From: Octopus vulgaris
Lineage: Eukaryota
DNA length: 64,000 nucleotides
Reading direction: 5' to 3'
NCBI GenBank assembly: GCA_951406725.2
Contig: OX597821.1
Coordinates: 46,748,001-46,812,000 of the forward strand
Shown here: positions 1 through 12,330 of the stretch, piece after piece
How the letters are laid out: each line of letters opens with the position of its first letter
How positions within the stretch are numbered: position 1 is the first letter of the stretch
Program-made: the position numbers and the translations under genes
The notes under the pieces: generated by a model
Database searches by the model: none
Told to the model about the DNA's origin: nothing
Seen by the model: only the letters and a program-made list of their open reading frames with translations

Positions 1-345
1 ATTCCATGTTAACCCACAGCAGGTTTGATCGAAAATATGTGGAAAGGTTTGAAACATATGAAGCTAGCTACGAATCATGTGTAGCCTGGGTTTTATCGAT
101 TCCGTTCCCTAAATTTGGATTTTCATTCGCATACAGAGCAACCCCAGTTGTTAACCGTGAACTATAACATATCTTTTTTCAGCTTATCGAACTTCGGTAT
201 GGGTAAAATTTACAACCTTCTACGTCAATAAACCACTATTGTTCCTGAAAGTTGTTTTCTATACCTTTTACGGACTGCACCAAACTTACAAGCTTCCTAC
301 ACCTTGATCCTTGGATCTTACCTTTACATATTACTATATGTATAT

Positions 346-556
346 ACTCTTTTAGTCTTTTATTTGTTTCAATCATTTTACTGTGGCCATGCTGGAGCAC
401 CGCCTTTAGTCGAGCAAATCGACCCCAGGACTTATTCTTTGTAAGACTAGTACTTATTCTATCGATCTCTTTTGCCGAACCGCTAGCTTACGGGGACGTA
501 AACGCACTAGCATCGGTTGTCAAGCGATTTTGGGGGACCAACACAGATACGCAAAC

Positions 557-603
<47 letters not shown>

Positions 604-799
604 TCACACACACATACACATCTATATATAAATATATATACGACGGGCTTCTTTTAATTTCCGTCTACCATATCCACTCACAAGGATTTGGTCGGCCTGA
701 GGCTATAGTAGAAGACACTTTCCCAAGGTGCCACGCAGTAGGACTGAATCCAGAACATGTGGTTGGGTTGGTAAGCAAGCTACTTTCCACACAGTCACT
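346..799 (-). mobile_element. tRNA-derived SINE, family A (internal CA/TA microsatellite, AAAGAGT-type tail)
   Basis: Matches the copies at 4281, 5980, 16431, 18048, 27589 and 35924; the minus strand carries a tRNA-like head with degenerate A/B boxes. Confidence 0.85.
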
Positions 800-916
800 T
801 TATATATATGTTTATTGTTTATATATATATATATGTTTATTTTTTATACATCTATTTTCGTGTTTTGTTTTTCTGCAAATTTCAACTACTTATATGTATG
901 TGTGTGTGTGTGTATG

Positions 917-932
917 TATAATAATAATGATG

Positions 933-966
<34 letters not shown>

Positions 967-985
967 TAATAATAATAATAATAAT

Positions 986-1057
<72 letters not shown>
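917..1057. repeat. (TAA)n microsatellite
   Basis: Direct read; explains the poly-I and poly-N ORFs. Confidence 0.95.
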
Positions 1058-1058
<1 letters not shown>

Positions 1059-1109
1059 TTAGGGTGTATAACTCCAAACTTACAGGGAAAAATTCAATTT
1101 AGTATAAAA

Positions 1110-1172
1110 TATAAATTAGAGATAAAACCATTATTATGCAACTCAAAAATAAATAAATGAATAAATCTAAAC

Positions 1173-1209
<37 letters not shown>

Positions 1210-1293
1210 TATTAATTATATATATTATTTGTTATTTATGTATTGGTTTATGTCTATCACTTTTTGAGTTGCAAAATAGTGGTTTTATCTCTA

Positions 1294-1300
<7 letters not shown>
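1110..1300. repeat. 40-bp inverted repeat pair (1110-1149 / 1261-1300) around a (TA)n tract
   Basis: TATAAATTAGAGATAAAACCATTATTATGCAACTCAAAAA versus the reverse complement of 1261-1300, with 2 mismatches. Confidence 0.8.
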
Positions 1301-1358
<58 letters not shown>

Positions 1359-2629
1359 TAGTAGTGTAATATATGGAGTTATAGAATTCTGTGGTATGCA
1401 TATTGATGCAGACATGTTAAATAATTTATTATACATTGAAATCAGAATTATATGATGAAGGCTGAGAAACGGCTGTTATCCCATGAATATCAAGTGGCTA
1501 AATATTATTCACCTCTTACCTCCTTACATGTTATGGTTTATATACTCCGCATGAAATAATTTCAGCGATTGGATCTCTGTGTATTTCAGGTGCATAGAGC
1601 TCTGCTTTATAAGTGTGTGTGTGTGTGTGTGTGTGTAGGTGCGCATATATATATTATATATGATTACATTTACACACATCCATGCATATAGATATATGTA
1701 TATTTATATGTAGTCTCACACACACACACACACACACACACCCACATGTACACATAGACCATACGCGGGTGCGCATACCTTAATAGATTTGTGGTTCACT
1801 GCAGTCTTTCAAAAGTTAACTAGAAGTGTAATGCGTTTCTTTCAGATGGATAGCGAATGCGTCTCAAGTAAACTTCCTCTAAATTCTTGGCGCCTATTTC
1901 TCATAGCAACGTAGATAAAGCAAAATGCCGTTGTACTGAAATACTGCAAATATCTATGGGGATTTTGAACCTAAGGTTCGTAAGTTGACAATCCAATACT
2001 TTATTCCATGCTTAATTATTTATGATACTCCACCAAATAATTTGAGTTTTATGATCTACTTGATAAATACGCGCGCACACACACACACATACACATTCAT
2101 AGACACATATGCACACACACACGCATATATATACGTATCTATCTATATAAATATTGAAGAAAATTGAACAAATAAATTTAGATTAATAAATTATGTTAAA
2201 AGAAAAAGTTGTACGAAGACGAATTTAAATAAAACACATTTTAATTTTTTTACATAGCACTTGCTGTTTAAATAAATGTACATACTGAATACTAAGACTC
2301 TGCAGTTTCTTTTCCTTTTATTTCAATCTATTTGGGGATAAATTTAAATAGCTCCAGATCAGTGTCTAAATGATTTTGAAAACTCGGTTTGTCAAGAAAT
2401 AATCACAGCACTTTGTTGCCTGTTGGAAAACATCAATAATTATAACATTATAATTACATTTACTGTTATAACGATGCTTTTATTACTTTCTCTTTAGCAG
2501 AGTACATGGTACCAAATATTTAGATTACGCAAAGCATAAAGTAAACCAACATGATGCTCTATCGAACTATTTAAAAAGACAAATGATAGGTTAATGATTA
2601 TCTCGTCATTAAACTTCTACTCTTTCATA

Positions 2630-3015
2630 GTGGAGGCGCAATGGCCCAGTGGTTAGGGCAGCGGACTCGCGGCCATAGGATCGCGGTTTCGATTCCCAGA
2701 CCGGGCGTTGTGAGTGTTTATTGAGCGAAAACACCTAAAGCTCCACGAGGCTCTGGCAGGGGTGGTGGTGATCCCTGCTGTACTCTTTCACCACAACTTT
2801 CTCTCACTCTTACTTCATGTTTCTGTTGTACCTGTATTTCAAAGGGCCGGCCTTGTCACTCTCTGTGTCACGCTGAATATCTCCGAGAACTACGTTAAGG
2901 GTACATGTGTCTGTGGAGTGCTCAGCCACTTACACGTTAATTTCACGAGCAGGCTGTTCCGTTGATTCGGATCAACCGGAACCCTCGTCGTCGTAACCGA
3001 CGGAGTGCTTCCATC
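2630..3015 (+). mobile_element. tRNA-derived SINE, family C (tRNA-Arg-like head), flanked by a 181-bp direct repeat
   Basis: A box TGGCCCAGTGG and B box GTTTCGATTCC; near-identical to 52581-52968 and 60308-60706; flanks 2449-2629 and 3016-3196 are duplicated. Confidence 0.92.
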
Positions 3016-3962
3016 TATAATTACATTTACTGTTCTAACGATGTTTTTATTACTTTCTCTTTAGCAGAGTACATGGTACCAAATATTTAGATTATACAAA
3101 GCATAAAGTAAACCAACATGATGCTCTATCGAACTATTTAAAAAGACAAATGATAGGTCAATGATTATCTCGTCATTAAACTTCTACTCTTTCATAATTT
3201 ACTAAATGTTGTTTCGTTAAGGGTATAAGTGGGTTCATTTGAATTGTTTAGAAAACTATTCTCTCCTGCCGTAGCCACATTACGATTTCTACTCGGCATC
3301 TCATACGTTTCTTTGTAAGGAATTGCTCCATGTTAACAATGTTTCATCTGCATAGGTACATTTATTGCATTGGCCGGACATGTTTGATAAATAATAATAG
3401 ACACTACACTTGAATTTAATTGTTATTTGATCGAGAATGGAATCGAAGCAAGTTGATTTTTAAAACAATCAATTAATTAAATAGACACCTTTCTTCTCCC
3501 TCACTGTTTTTTCCTCTTTTATCTATATCTGTATATCTCTAATTCTATTTCTAGCATTGGCAGAAAGAAAAATTGTTTAAAGAATAAAAAATAATCATTA
3601 ACTGTTGTCTAGAAAGGATGCTTTGAGCACTATCGATAAACAAACAATTCAAATAAAGAAGTACTTATCGGTTTTACCTCCTCCGACCCTCACCAATCTT
3701 CTAAAAAATATCGATCGAATTCAAATGATCCGATCTGTGATTGCCACCATTGTTCCTATTTTCTTTTCATCTAAATGAAGAAAAACGTTTTTAGACATCG
3801 ATTCTTTGCAGAAGCTGAAAAGTTGTTAGTCAAGTCACACTGAACGTCTTCGATAATCGACGCCAAGCAGATATTGATTCATAGATATTCTGTGTAAACT
3901 TCCTCAAACAATTGAATTGTCAGCAAAAGCAGTCCTATAGATCTTTCGATATGAACTTTTGC

Positions 3963-4378
3963 AGGCATGTGTATGTATGTGTGTGTGTGTGTGCGAGCGT
4001 ATGTGTACGTATAAATGGTATTTCAAAAAATTAATAACGATAAAGCACTATTAAATGTCTCCTCAAAATCATACTCTTTTACTCTTTTACTTGTTTCAGT
4101 CATTTGACTGATGCCATGCTGAAACACCGCCTTTAGTCGAGCAAATCGACCCCAGGACTTATTCTTTGTAAGGCATGTGTATGTATGTGTGTGTGTGTGT
4201 GCGAGCGTATGTGTACGTATAAATGGTATTTCAAAAAATTAATAACGATAAAGCATTATTAAATGTCTCCTCAAAATCATACTCTTTTACTCTTTTACTT
4301 GTTTCAGTCATTTGACTGTTGCCATGCTGAAACACCGCCTTTAGTCGAGCAAATCGACCCCAGGACTTATTCTTTGTA
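3963..4378 (+). repeat. Tandem duplication of a 208-bp unit including the 3' end of a family A SINE
   Basis: 3963-4170 and 4171-4378 are near-identical. Confidence 0.92.
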
Positions 4379-4678
4379 AGACTAGTACTTATTCTATCGG
4401 TCTTTCTTTTGCCGAACCGCTAAGTTACGGGGACGTAAACACACCAGCATCGGTTGTCAAGCGATGTTGGGGGGACAAACACAGACACACAAACATATAT
4501 ATATATATATATATACACGACTGGCTTCTTCCAGTTTCCGTCTACCAAATCCATTCACAAGGCTTTGGTCGGTTCGAGGCTATAGTAGAAGACACTCGCC
4601 CAAGATGCCACGCAGTGGGATTGAACCCGGAACCATGTGGTTCGTAAGCAAGCTACTTACCACACAGCCACTCCTACA
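4281..4678 (-). mobile_element. SINE family A
   Basis: Full-length match to the other family A copies. Confidence 0.88.
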
Positions 4679-5309
4679 CCTAGTAAATTTTCTTAACCGT
4701 TGGGAAGGGATAAAAATGTACTTAAAGTGTTTCTTTGGGAAATTTGCAACGAAATAACAGGAAGTGAATTGTCTACAGCAAAAACCGGAACTGAGTTGTC
4801 TTAAATAATATTTGTGCTTTGGCCGTCTGTGCTGCAAGAGAGGGAAATGAGATGTCATGATATTCATAACATTTTCAAGAGAATTATTGAGTTTATGTTG
4901 CGGAAGAGTTTCAGTATGATTCTGAACTGGGTTGTATGTTCGTAAAGCTTTTCCGAAGATCTTTTCATTACAGTTACTTTGTTACTAAGAATTTGAGTTT
5001 TACTGTGTCTCTATACATATTTCTTTTCCTACAATAAACTGTTCGACTTCCCTCTATGGGATCAAATATAACTTTGAAATAATATATGGTATTAAATTTT
5101 ATAAAGCAAAATGTGTTATATAATATTATTGTCCCTTAATAAAGGATGAGGAAGAGGAGGAGGAGGAGGTGATGATGAGATGGCCTCAATTCTGATGCAG
5201 TTGTAGGAGCACTATCATGGCATATGACACTTTTCAAAACTTGTTGGAGCTCAACCCGCTTCAGTTCTGAAGACAGGGGATTTCTTTCAAAGGAATAGTG
5301 AAAATGTGA

Positions 5310-5395
5310 AAGAAGAAGAAGAAGAAGAAGAAGAAGAAGAAGAAGAAGAAGAAGAAGAAGAAGAAGAAGAAGAAGAAGAAGAAGAAGAAGAAGAA
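5310..5395. repeat. (GAA)n microsatellite
   Basis: Direct read. Confidence 0.95.
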
Positions 5396-5979
5396 TTGAC
5401 CTCAGTACTTGACTAGGAGTATATTTACCGACCCCAAAAGAGCAGTATTTGAACTCCAATCTCAGCAAGCTGGAACGAATACTGTAAAGTATTCTATCCG
5501 ACGCTACAATAACAGCTAATCAACTTCTTTATTCTGGTAATATGATCTGACTATAAACAGATAAACAGTGGAAAGGAGTGTTTTAAATAGTTATTTTGAA
5601 TATCGGCTCTGTAAGCTTGTAGACGCACTTGTGGCTATGGAATATATCCTAATCGTCTCTAAAGCCTATTTTGTAATTTGCATGCAACAATACTCAGATA
5701 AAAATTACTACTGTAATAAAAGCACACACTTGAAAGCTACTTGTATTATAACTCCGTTAAATAAGGCATTCTGGAAATAATTGCTGCCGTAAAGCTTGAA
5801 TAACTCAAGTCGATGGCACACTGTTCGATAAAAGACTGGAGCCATGAAATAATCAGAATAAAATGAATATAAGGCTACAGATGCAAAAAAAGAATGAGAG
5901 AGTGAGAAACGACTTGACACTGTTACCTGACATATTTATTATCGCCTCTGAAGAGATAAAATGCGTAATTTACACTCTC

Positions 5980-6383
5980 TCTCTTTTACTCTTTTACTTG
6001 TTTCAGTCATTTGACTGCGGCCATGCTGAGGCACCATCTTTAGTCGAGCAACTCGACCCCGGGACTTATTCTTTTTTGTAAGCCCAGTACTTATTCTATC
6101 GGTCTCTTTTGCCGAACCGCTAAGTGACGGGGACGTAAACACACCAGCATCGGTTGTCAAGCAATGCTAAGGGAACAAACACAGGCACACAAACACACAC
6201 ACATACATATATACATATATACGACAGGCTTCTTTCAGTTTCTGTCTACCAAATCCACTCACAAGGCATTGGTCGGCCCGGGGCTATAGCAGAAGACACT
6301 TGCCCAAGATGCCACGCAGTGGGACTGAACCCGGAACCATGTGGTTGGTTAGCAAGCTACTTACCACACAGCCACTCCTGCGC
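5980..6383 (-). mobile_element. SINE family A
   Basis: The minus strand begins GCGCAGGAGTGGCTGTGTGGTAAG and has B box GGTTCAGTCCC. Confidence 0.9.
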
Positions 6384-6781
6384 TAGATTTTGAACACAGA
6401 ACGTAGTGTTAGGGGAGAAAATGCAAGACATTTAGTGTAGTAGTCTGTTGAAACTACTGCTCTATACATGTGAATGAAATGAATATTCATAACAGCAAAT
6501 GCTTTTCAGTATGTGCATTGAGATGCTTTTGGTTTGTCTGAGAATTATACATATATATTCCGAAATTACTCGTAGCCAGAGTATGTTATCTCATTTTGCA
6601 CTTGCTGGTTTAACTTAAACACTAATTATCTATTGATCGCATGCTAATTTTCACACGGGAACCCAAAAACATTTTATGCAGTATCTAAATAAAAAATATG
6701 TATTTATGGTGTAACCTTTGACCTTGAGTGATATTATAGTATATCACCCCCAAAGAAGTGGTGTAAAATCTTTATATATTT

Positions 6782-7009
6782 CTTTATTGCCCACAAGGGG
6801 CTAAACATAGAGGGGACAAACAAGGACAGACAAACGTATTAAGTCGATTACATCGACCCCAGTGCGAAACTGGTACTCATTTAATCGACCCCGAAAGGAT
6901 GAAAGGCAAAGTCGACCTCGGCGGAATTTGAACTCAGAACGTAGCGGCAGACGAAATACCGCTAAGCATTTCGCCCGGGGCGCTAACGTGTCTGCCAGCT
7001 CGCCGCCTT
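6782..7009 (-). mobile_element. tRNA-derived SINE, family B (Nin/Deu-like central motif CCTTTCATCCTTTCGGGGTCGA)
   Basis: B box GAGTTCAAATTCC; 14-bp TSD ATCTTTATATATTT at 6768-6781 and 7013-7026. Confidence 0.9.
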
Positions 7010-8222
7010 ATGATCTTTATATATTTATAGTTAACATAGAAGTGTTTCCTATTTCTCTTCATTATATTGATCTTCTTTTGACAATGAACAAGATTGATTG
7101 TATTTAAAGGGGGAATTTAGTTTAATTGATTGATATGGGATTAACTTTAGTAAAATACGGACTTTGAACGTTGAAATACAAAACAAAATACCTCACGCCA
7201 TATCATCTAACGTACGATTGGAACAGTTTCCAACCGGTGTCTCGCGACTCACTAAGATTTTGAAAACAAACCAATGGAGCGTCATAAGTTTTAACAAAAT
7301 AACACAACTGATACAAAATAAAAACATTACTTCTAACTCGTTCCTGTTTTACAACTATGTCTGTCATACTATTCTTTCCTCTAACTACCAATTGTTAATT
7401 ATTCATGCTCTATTTTATGTACACATATCTTCAGAGTGTTAACGGAAATATGAAAAATGTTTAGCATTTACGCCTTTTCTCAAAGAATTTGACAATCTTT
7501 AAAAATAGGTTTCAGCTCGATGGTAGATTAATAAATTGCTAAGAGATATGTTATATAACGGAAATAAAGTATCTATTGGAGGAAATTGAAACCAATAGTA
7601 TGCTCAACACACCGGTAGCTTATAATACTTCAGAAGCAGCTCTCTGCACTCGACTACATATAACTTACAAACACCATATTTCTAGTAGAATGAAGGAAGT
7701 AAGGAAATTCTTATTTTAAAAACGCTTAACAGCGTGCCCATAACATATTTCTTTATATAATTTAGACATAATGCATGTCTAATATAAGAACTCTTCAGAG
7801 CTCCGTCCTGAAACGTAGACCAGCTAAGAAAAAAGAGCCTTGTCGCAGTAGTAAACAGAATCGATCCTTGTAAATCAATAGCACATATTTTATCTTCTTG
7901 GAGGAGGGCTATTCAACTCCTGAAAGAATTTGAATGCCGAAGTACGAGATGCGATACGAAATAATATAAATTATACAATCCACTTTGTTTGTTCACACCA
8001 GATTGACATTTCTTAACTTCCTTTGTGATGAGGCCCAGAAAGGAGTTTTCGCCTCACAGCTGAGACGGTGCTTCTCTCATAGACATTCAATGCGGCACCC
8101 AGGAAAAATCCACTCACTGGCACTCTCCACAAACACGTTGTTGCCTCTCCCTTCTTCAGTTTCTGCACTTCCTCCTCCTCCTAATACTACTACTATATAT
8201 AGTGGTGCCGGTATGATTATCA

Positions 8223-8445
8223 AGGTGGCGAGCTGGCAGAATCGTTAGCACGCCGGGCGAAATGCTGAGCGGTATTTCGTCTGCCACTACGTTCTGAGTT
8301 CAAATTCCGTCGAGGTCGACTTTGCCTTTCATCCTTTCGGGGTCGATTAAATAAGTACCAGTTTCGCACTGGGGTCGATATAATCGACTTAATCCGTTTG
8401 TTTGTCCTCTCTGTGTTTAGCCCCTTGTGGGTGGTAAAGAAATAA
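8223..8445 (+). mobile_element. SINE family B
   Basis: 12-bp TSD GTATGATTATCA at 8211-8222 and 8446-8457; matches 6782-7009. Confidence 0.9.
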
Positions 8446-8694
8446 GTATGATTATCATAAAAACGATGATGATACCGACGATGTTGAGAGGTACATCATA
8501 ACGAGCAGTAAATCACACTGGCAGTAGTTTTGGTAATATTTTTGCTCACTTCCATAGTAATTGAACGTTTTCATAATTATATTTATCTGCTGAGCCCTGA
8601 ACTAATTATCTAATCTGGGATAAGAGGTTTATTGTAGCCATCATTCATTAGAGATGAAGTTAAATGACAGCTATAATACAGCATAATACTGTGC

Positions 8695-8738
<44 letters not shown>

Positions 8739-9088
8739 ACATAACATCAGGAAACAAAGTCAACAAGCATACCGGACATGTTTGATATAATGTATGAAAT
8801 GAAAGCTCGGGCGGCACGATCGATTTGTTTAAATTTTAATGATTTATGCTTTTTCTTTTCACTGTCCCAAATATTTTCTAGCAATGCTGGCCAATTCGAT
8901 AGATATTGGTTCACAAGCTCCCATCACCAGTTCTATCTCAAAGCTTTGTACTTTTATTGGCCAATTCCATTTAGAATTACAAACATATACAAGACTTATA
9001 CAGTTCTATATTTAAGAGATGAGGAATTATGTACATTATTTACATTACTTGCATTCGACAGATATTTGTCCTCATCTTGTTTGTTGTT

Positions 9089-9138
9089 AGCACAACGTTT
9101 CGGCTGATATATCTCACCCCAGCCTTCTTCAGGTGTCT
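9089..9138 (-). ncRNA. Minimal type I hammerhead ribozyme (Penelope pLTR type)
   Basis: Minus strand reads AGACAC CTGAAGA A GGCTG-loop-CAGCC GAAA CGTT GTGCT. Confidence 0.75.
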
Positions 9139-9196
9139 TGGGGAAATTTCGAACCTAGTTTCTCATTCCTAAGGTACTTTTTCGATGTTGTTGTTG

Positions 9197-9267
<71 letters not shown>

Positions 9268-9270
<3 letters not shown>

Positions 9271-10301
9271 TAGTTTTAGTTTTATAGCGTGCTTTCACTT
9301 CACTACCGAGCGCAGCTCTGTGTACCTTGGGTATGTGCTGTGATTTGTTGTGATGCTCTGATGGTTATTGTATGGAAAGTGTTCTGCGTAGGATGTGTGC
9401 AGTGCCTAGTAGTGCAATTTTCTGTATGTTATATGTGTTTGTAAGTCCTGGTGTTTTTGTTATGTATTTGTCTGAATATTTTTTTATCATGCCTAATGCA
9501 CCTACTATGATAGGAATTGTTTCTGTTTTCAGGTTCCACATTCTAGTTACCTCTATTTCCAGGTCTTTGTATTTTGAGAGTTTCTCCATTTCTTTTAGAG
9601 ACACGTTGTCATCTGCCGGTATTGATACATCAATTAGAAAGCATTTTTTTTCTTCATGATCTCTGACAACTATATCTGGTCTGTTGGCCTTAATTTCTCT
9701 ATCTGTGTGTATCGGCATATCCCAGAGTATGGTTGCTTTCTCGTTTTCTGTGACCTTTTCTGGTGTGTGCCTATACCATCTTTTTTCTTTTGTTATTCCA
9801 TAATGTTGGCATAGCTTCCAATGTATGTAGGTTCCAACTCTGTCATGTCTGTGAATATATTCCTTCTTAGCCAGGACTGGGCAGCTAGAGATAATATGAT
9901 TTATTGTTTCTTGTCCATCTCCACATATTCTGCAGTTACTTGTAATATTTCTTTTCATTACATGTTTTTGGTAATTTCTGGTGGGGAGGCTTTGGTCTTG
10001 TGCTGCAATTAAAAATCCCTCTGTTTCTGCTTTGAGTCCTGAGCTTCTCAACCATTGCTGGGATTTTTCTTTGTCTATTTCTTTTGCGTTTAGTTTAGTG
10101 CAGTATTTACCATGAAGGGGTTTTTCTTGCCATCGTTTTATCATGACTCGTTGCTGTTCTATTTTTAGTTTGGATTTCATTTATTTTATAGCTTTTGTTG
10201 TTTCTTCATCATCTTCTTCTTCTTCTTTGTGTTTATTAGGTGGTATGATTTCTTGTTTGTATTTGTCAGCTTCCTTAAATATTGTCAGCTTCCTTAAATA
10301 C
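9268..10301 (-). mobile_element. 5'-truncated R4/Dong-clade non-LTR retrotransposon inserted in (TAA)n
   Basis: Flanked by (TTA)n on both sides; encodes the C-terminus of the ORF plus a short 3' UTR. Confidence 0.9.
9365..10281 (-). pseudogene. C-terminal part of an R4/Dong ORF: CCHC Zn knuckle plus restriction-enzyme-like endonuclease
   Basis: AAQDQ, CRICGDGQETINHIISSC, RHD, RPDIV..FLIDVSIP and EKLSKY motifs; one in-frame TAA at 10181-10183; no RT domain. Confidence 0.9.
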
Positions 10302-10404
<103 letters not shown>

Positions 10405-10473
10405 CGTTGTTGTTGTTGTTGTTGTTGTTGTTGTAGCTCAGGTCAGTGCTTGGAATCGAACTCAGAATATTGG

Positions 10474-10525
10474 GGTTAAGAGCGCGGTCTACTAACCCCA
10501 TGATCCCGAGTTCGATTCCAAGCAG
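10474..10525 (+). promoter_or_regulatory. tRNA-Ile(AAT)-like Pol III head fragment (partial A box, B box GAGTTCGATTCC)
   Basis: GGTTAAGAGCGCGGTCTACTAACCCCATGATCCCGAGTTCGATTCC aligns by eye with metazoan tRNA-Ile GGTTAGAGCGTGGTGCTAATAACGCCAAGGTCGCGGGTTCGATCCC. Confidence 0.65.
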
Positions 10526-10622
10526 TGGGCTGAACAACAGCAGCAACAACAACAACAACAACAATAATAATAACATCGAAAAATACCTTAGGAATGAGAA
10601 CCCAGGTTCGAAATTTCCCCAA

Positions 10623-10674
10623 GACACCTGAAGAAGGCTGGGTGGGGGCGGTATATCAGCCGAAACGTTGTGTT
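10623..10674 (+). ncRNA. Minimal type I hammerhead ribozyme (Penelope pLTR type)
   Basis: Stem I GACAC/GTGTT, core CTGAAGA (10628-10634) plus an extra A, stem II GGCTG/CAGCC, GAAA, palindromic stem III ACGT; predicted cleavage after GUU at 10669. Confidence 0.8.
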
Positions 10675-11829
10675 AACAACAAACAAGATGAGGACAAATA
10701 TCCGCCGAATGTAAATAATGTAAATAATGTATAAACAACACTTGCTTTCACATGTACAGGGGTGACAGTTTTAATGCTTAATCGGAAAGAAACGTTGTAG
10801 GATGGAGATTTCTGAGTCTATCCAGGCTTATATTTTCGATCTTTGATGATGTCAGTTCACTGTGAAAGAGAGAGAAAGACACGAAAACCACAATGCCACC
10901 TGTCTTGGAAAATATGCAACCTTATGTTTATGCTTTGCTTGGTAGTAAAATTGTCGATTTTTTAAGATCTGTCCAAATAAGTTGCACTTTGTGCGTAGTT
11001 ACGATCTCCAACTTTCTGACTTCAAACTCTGACCTGGATTGCTTTGCTATTATTTACCTATGACTAATGGTTTTAATGTATTGGTATTAAACTGTGCTGA
11101 CAGAAATATTAGAACAGCAGAGTAAATGTCTTGCGATATTTAGTTTATACCTTCTTTATATTGAGTTAAATATTCCAGTGTAGGTTTGAATCTTTATTCT
11201 TTTGAGGTAGAAAATTGAAGTACCATTAATATAATAAAGTCGTTTCCATTTTCACAATCGTCGTATTAAAAGTGATTTTCGTTGAAGTCCGTAAACTGAA
11301 ATCATGGCACTCTCTACTAAATCTCAATTCTGTGGAAGATTTTTACCCATTAAAATAAGTGTTAGGTAGTACCTATTTTAATGGCAGTTTTGACTAAGAT
11401 GTATATAGATATGTGATTAGACATAATCGATATTGTGAAATAAGTTTAAAATAAAATATAAAGCTTTTGTTTAGCTCCCAAGTTTCTTAAGGTGAAGCTA
11501 TGATTAAATATATTCCAATCATGGCTATTCCGTCTTATTTTGACATGATGTATCACGAACTACATTATCTGATCTGTCATTGATTTTTTTAAAGTTAAAT
11601 CTACTTAGCTAAGGAAAGTTAGATGTTTCAAACCCGCCGCTTTTTAGTTTGATTATGCCAGCTGTGATACTGAACTGTTTTATTACATCTAGCTAAAATA
11701 AATGGTAAGTCATGTTAGCCAAGTGTCTGAATATATAAGGAAAATAAAAGAAATAACATATGACTAACGGAACTTAGCTTTAAATATTAGGGCCTAGAAA
11801 TTATTCAAATGGTAACCCCTCACAATCAC

Positions 11830-12330
11830 TGAGGATCATAGCTGGTGAAGCATATCATTGAAACTCCAAGACTGCATTTCAGTAACAGGTAATTCTCTCG
11901 AGAGCCAAAAGGTCCTTCAGCCTCACTGACTTCTACAAAGCTCGAGAGAGATCCCCAACGGAATATTGGTCACACATCCGTGACGGTGTTACTACTACAC
12001 ACATAGACAACCCACAATATATTACAATTCTACTTCCTTATCTGAGATGTTACAGTCATTCTAGATCACATTACATTACTGCCCACATATTTGGGATAAA
12101 GCTGCTGCTAGATTCACAGACATCCTGCGCTGCACATAGAGAAAGGCCTCACGAGTAATTGGCTTGAAATCAATCACAAACATAACCTTTTGCCCACAGA
12201 CATCCTGACTCCTCTGCATTTTCTATCCCTACTATAGTGGTCTCTATCCTCGGATTTCGTCCCGTGATAACATCACGCAGACGCTCCCTATTCACCTGTC
12301 TCACAAAACTTCACGCTAATCAGAACGTTG
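11830..12330 (+). mobile_element. Decayed LINE 3' fragment (CR1-Zenon/Jockey-like)
   Basis: Translates in part as HYCPHIWDKAAA..DIL..RKASRVIG, resembling the post-RT EYCSHIW..RKAIRLIG motif; many stops. Confidence 0.5.

Noticed and set aside
252-1160. 302-aa ORF and the many other YIYI/THTH/VCVC/poly-L/poly-N ORFs
   Set aside because: They are read-through of SINEs and stop-poor microsatellites with no domain content.
2630-2708. tRNA gene calls for SINE heads (also 16431, 35924, 52890, 60630)
   Set aside because: The heads run into SINE bodies, several copies have TSDs, and I could not fold a proper acceptor stem.
7785-7825. CTCTTCAG...GAAACGTAG hammerhead-like fragments
   Set aside because: The two core halves lie on opposite strands and I found no consistent stems.
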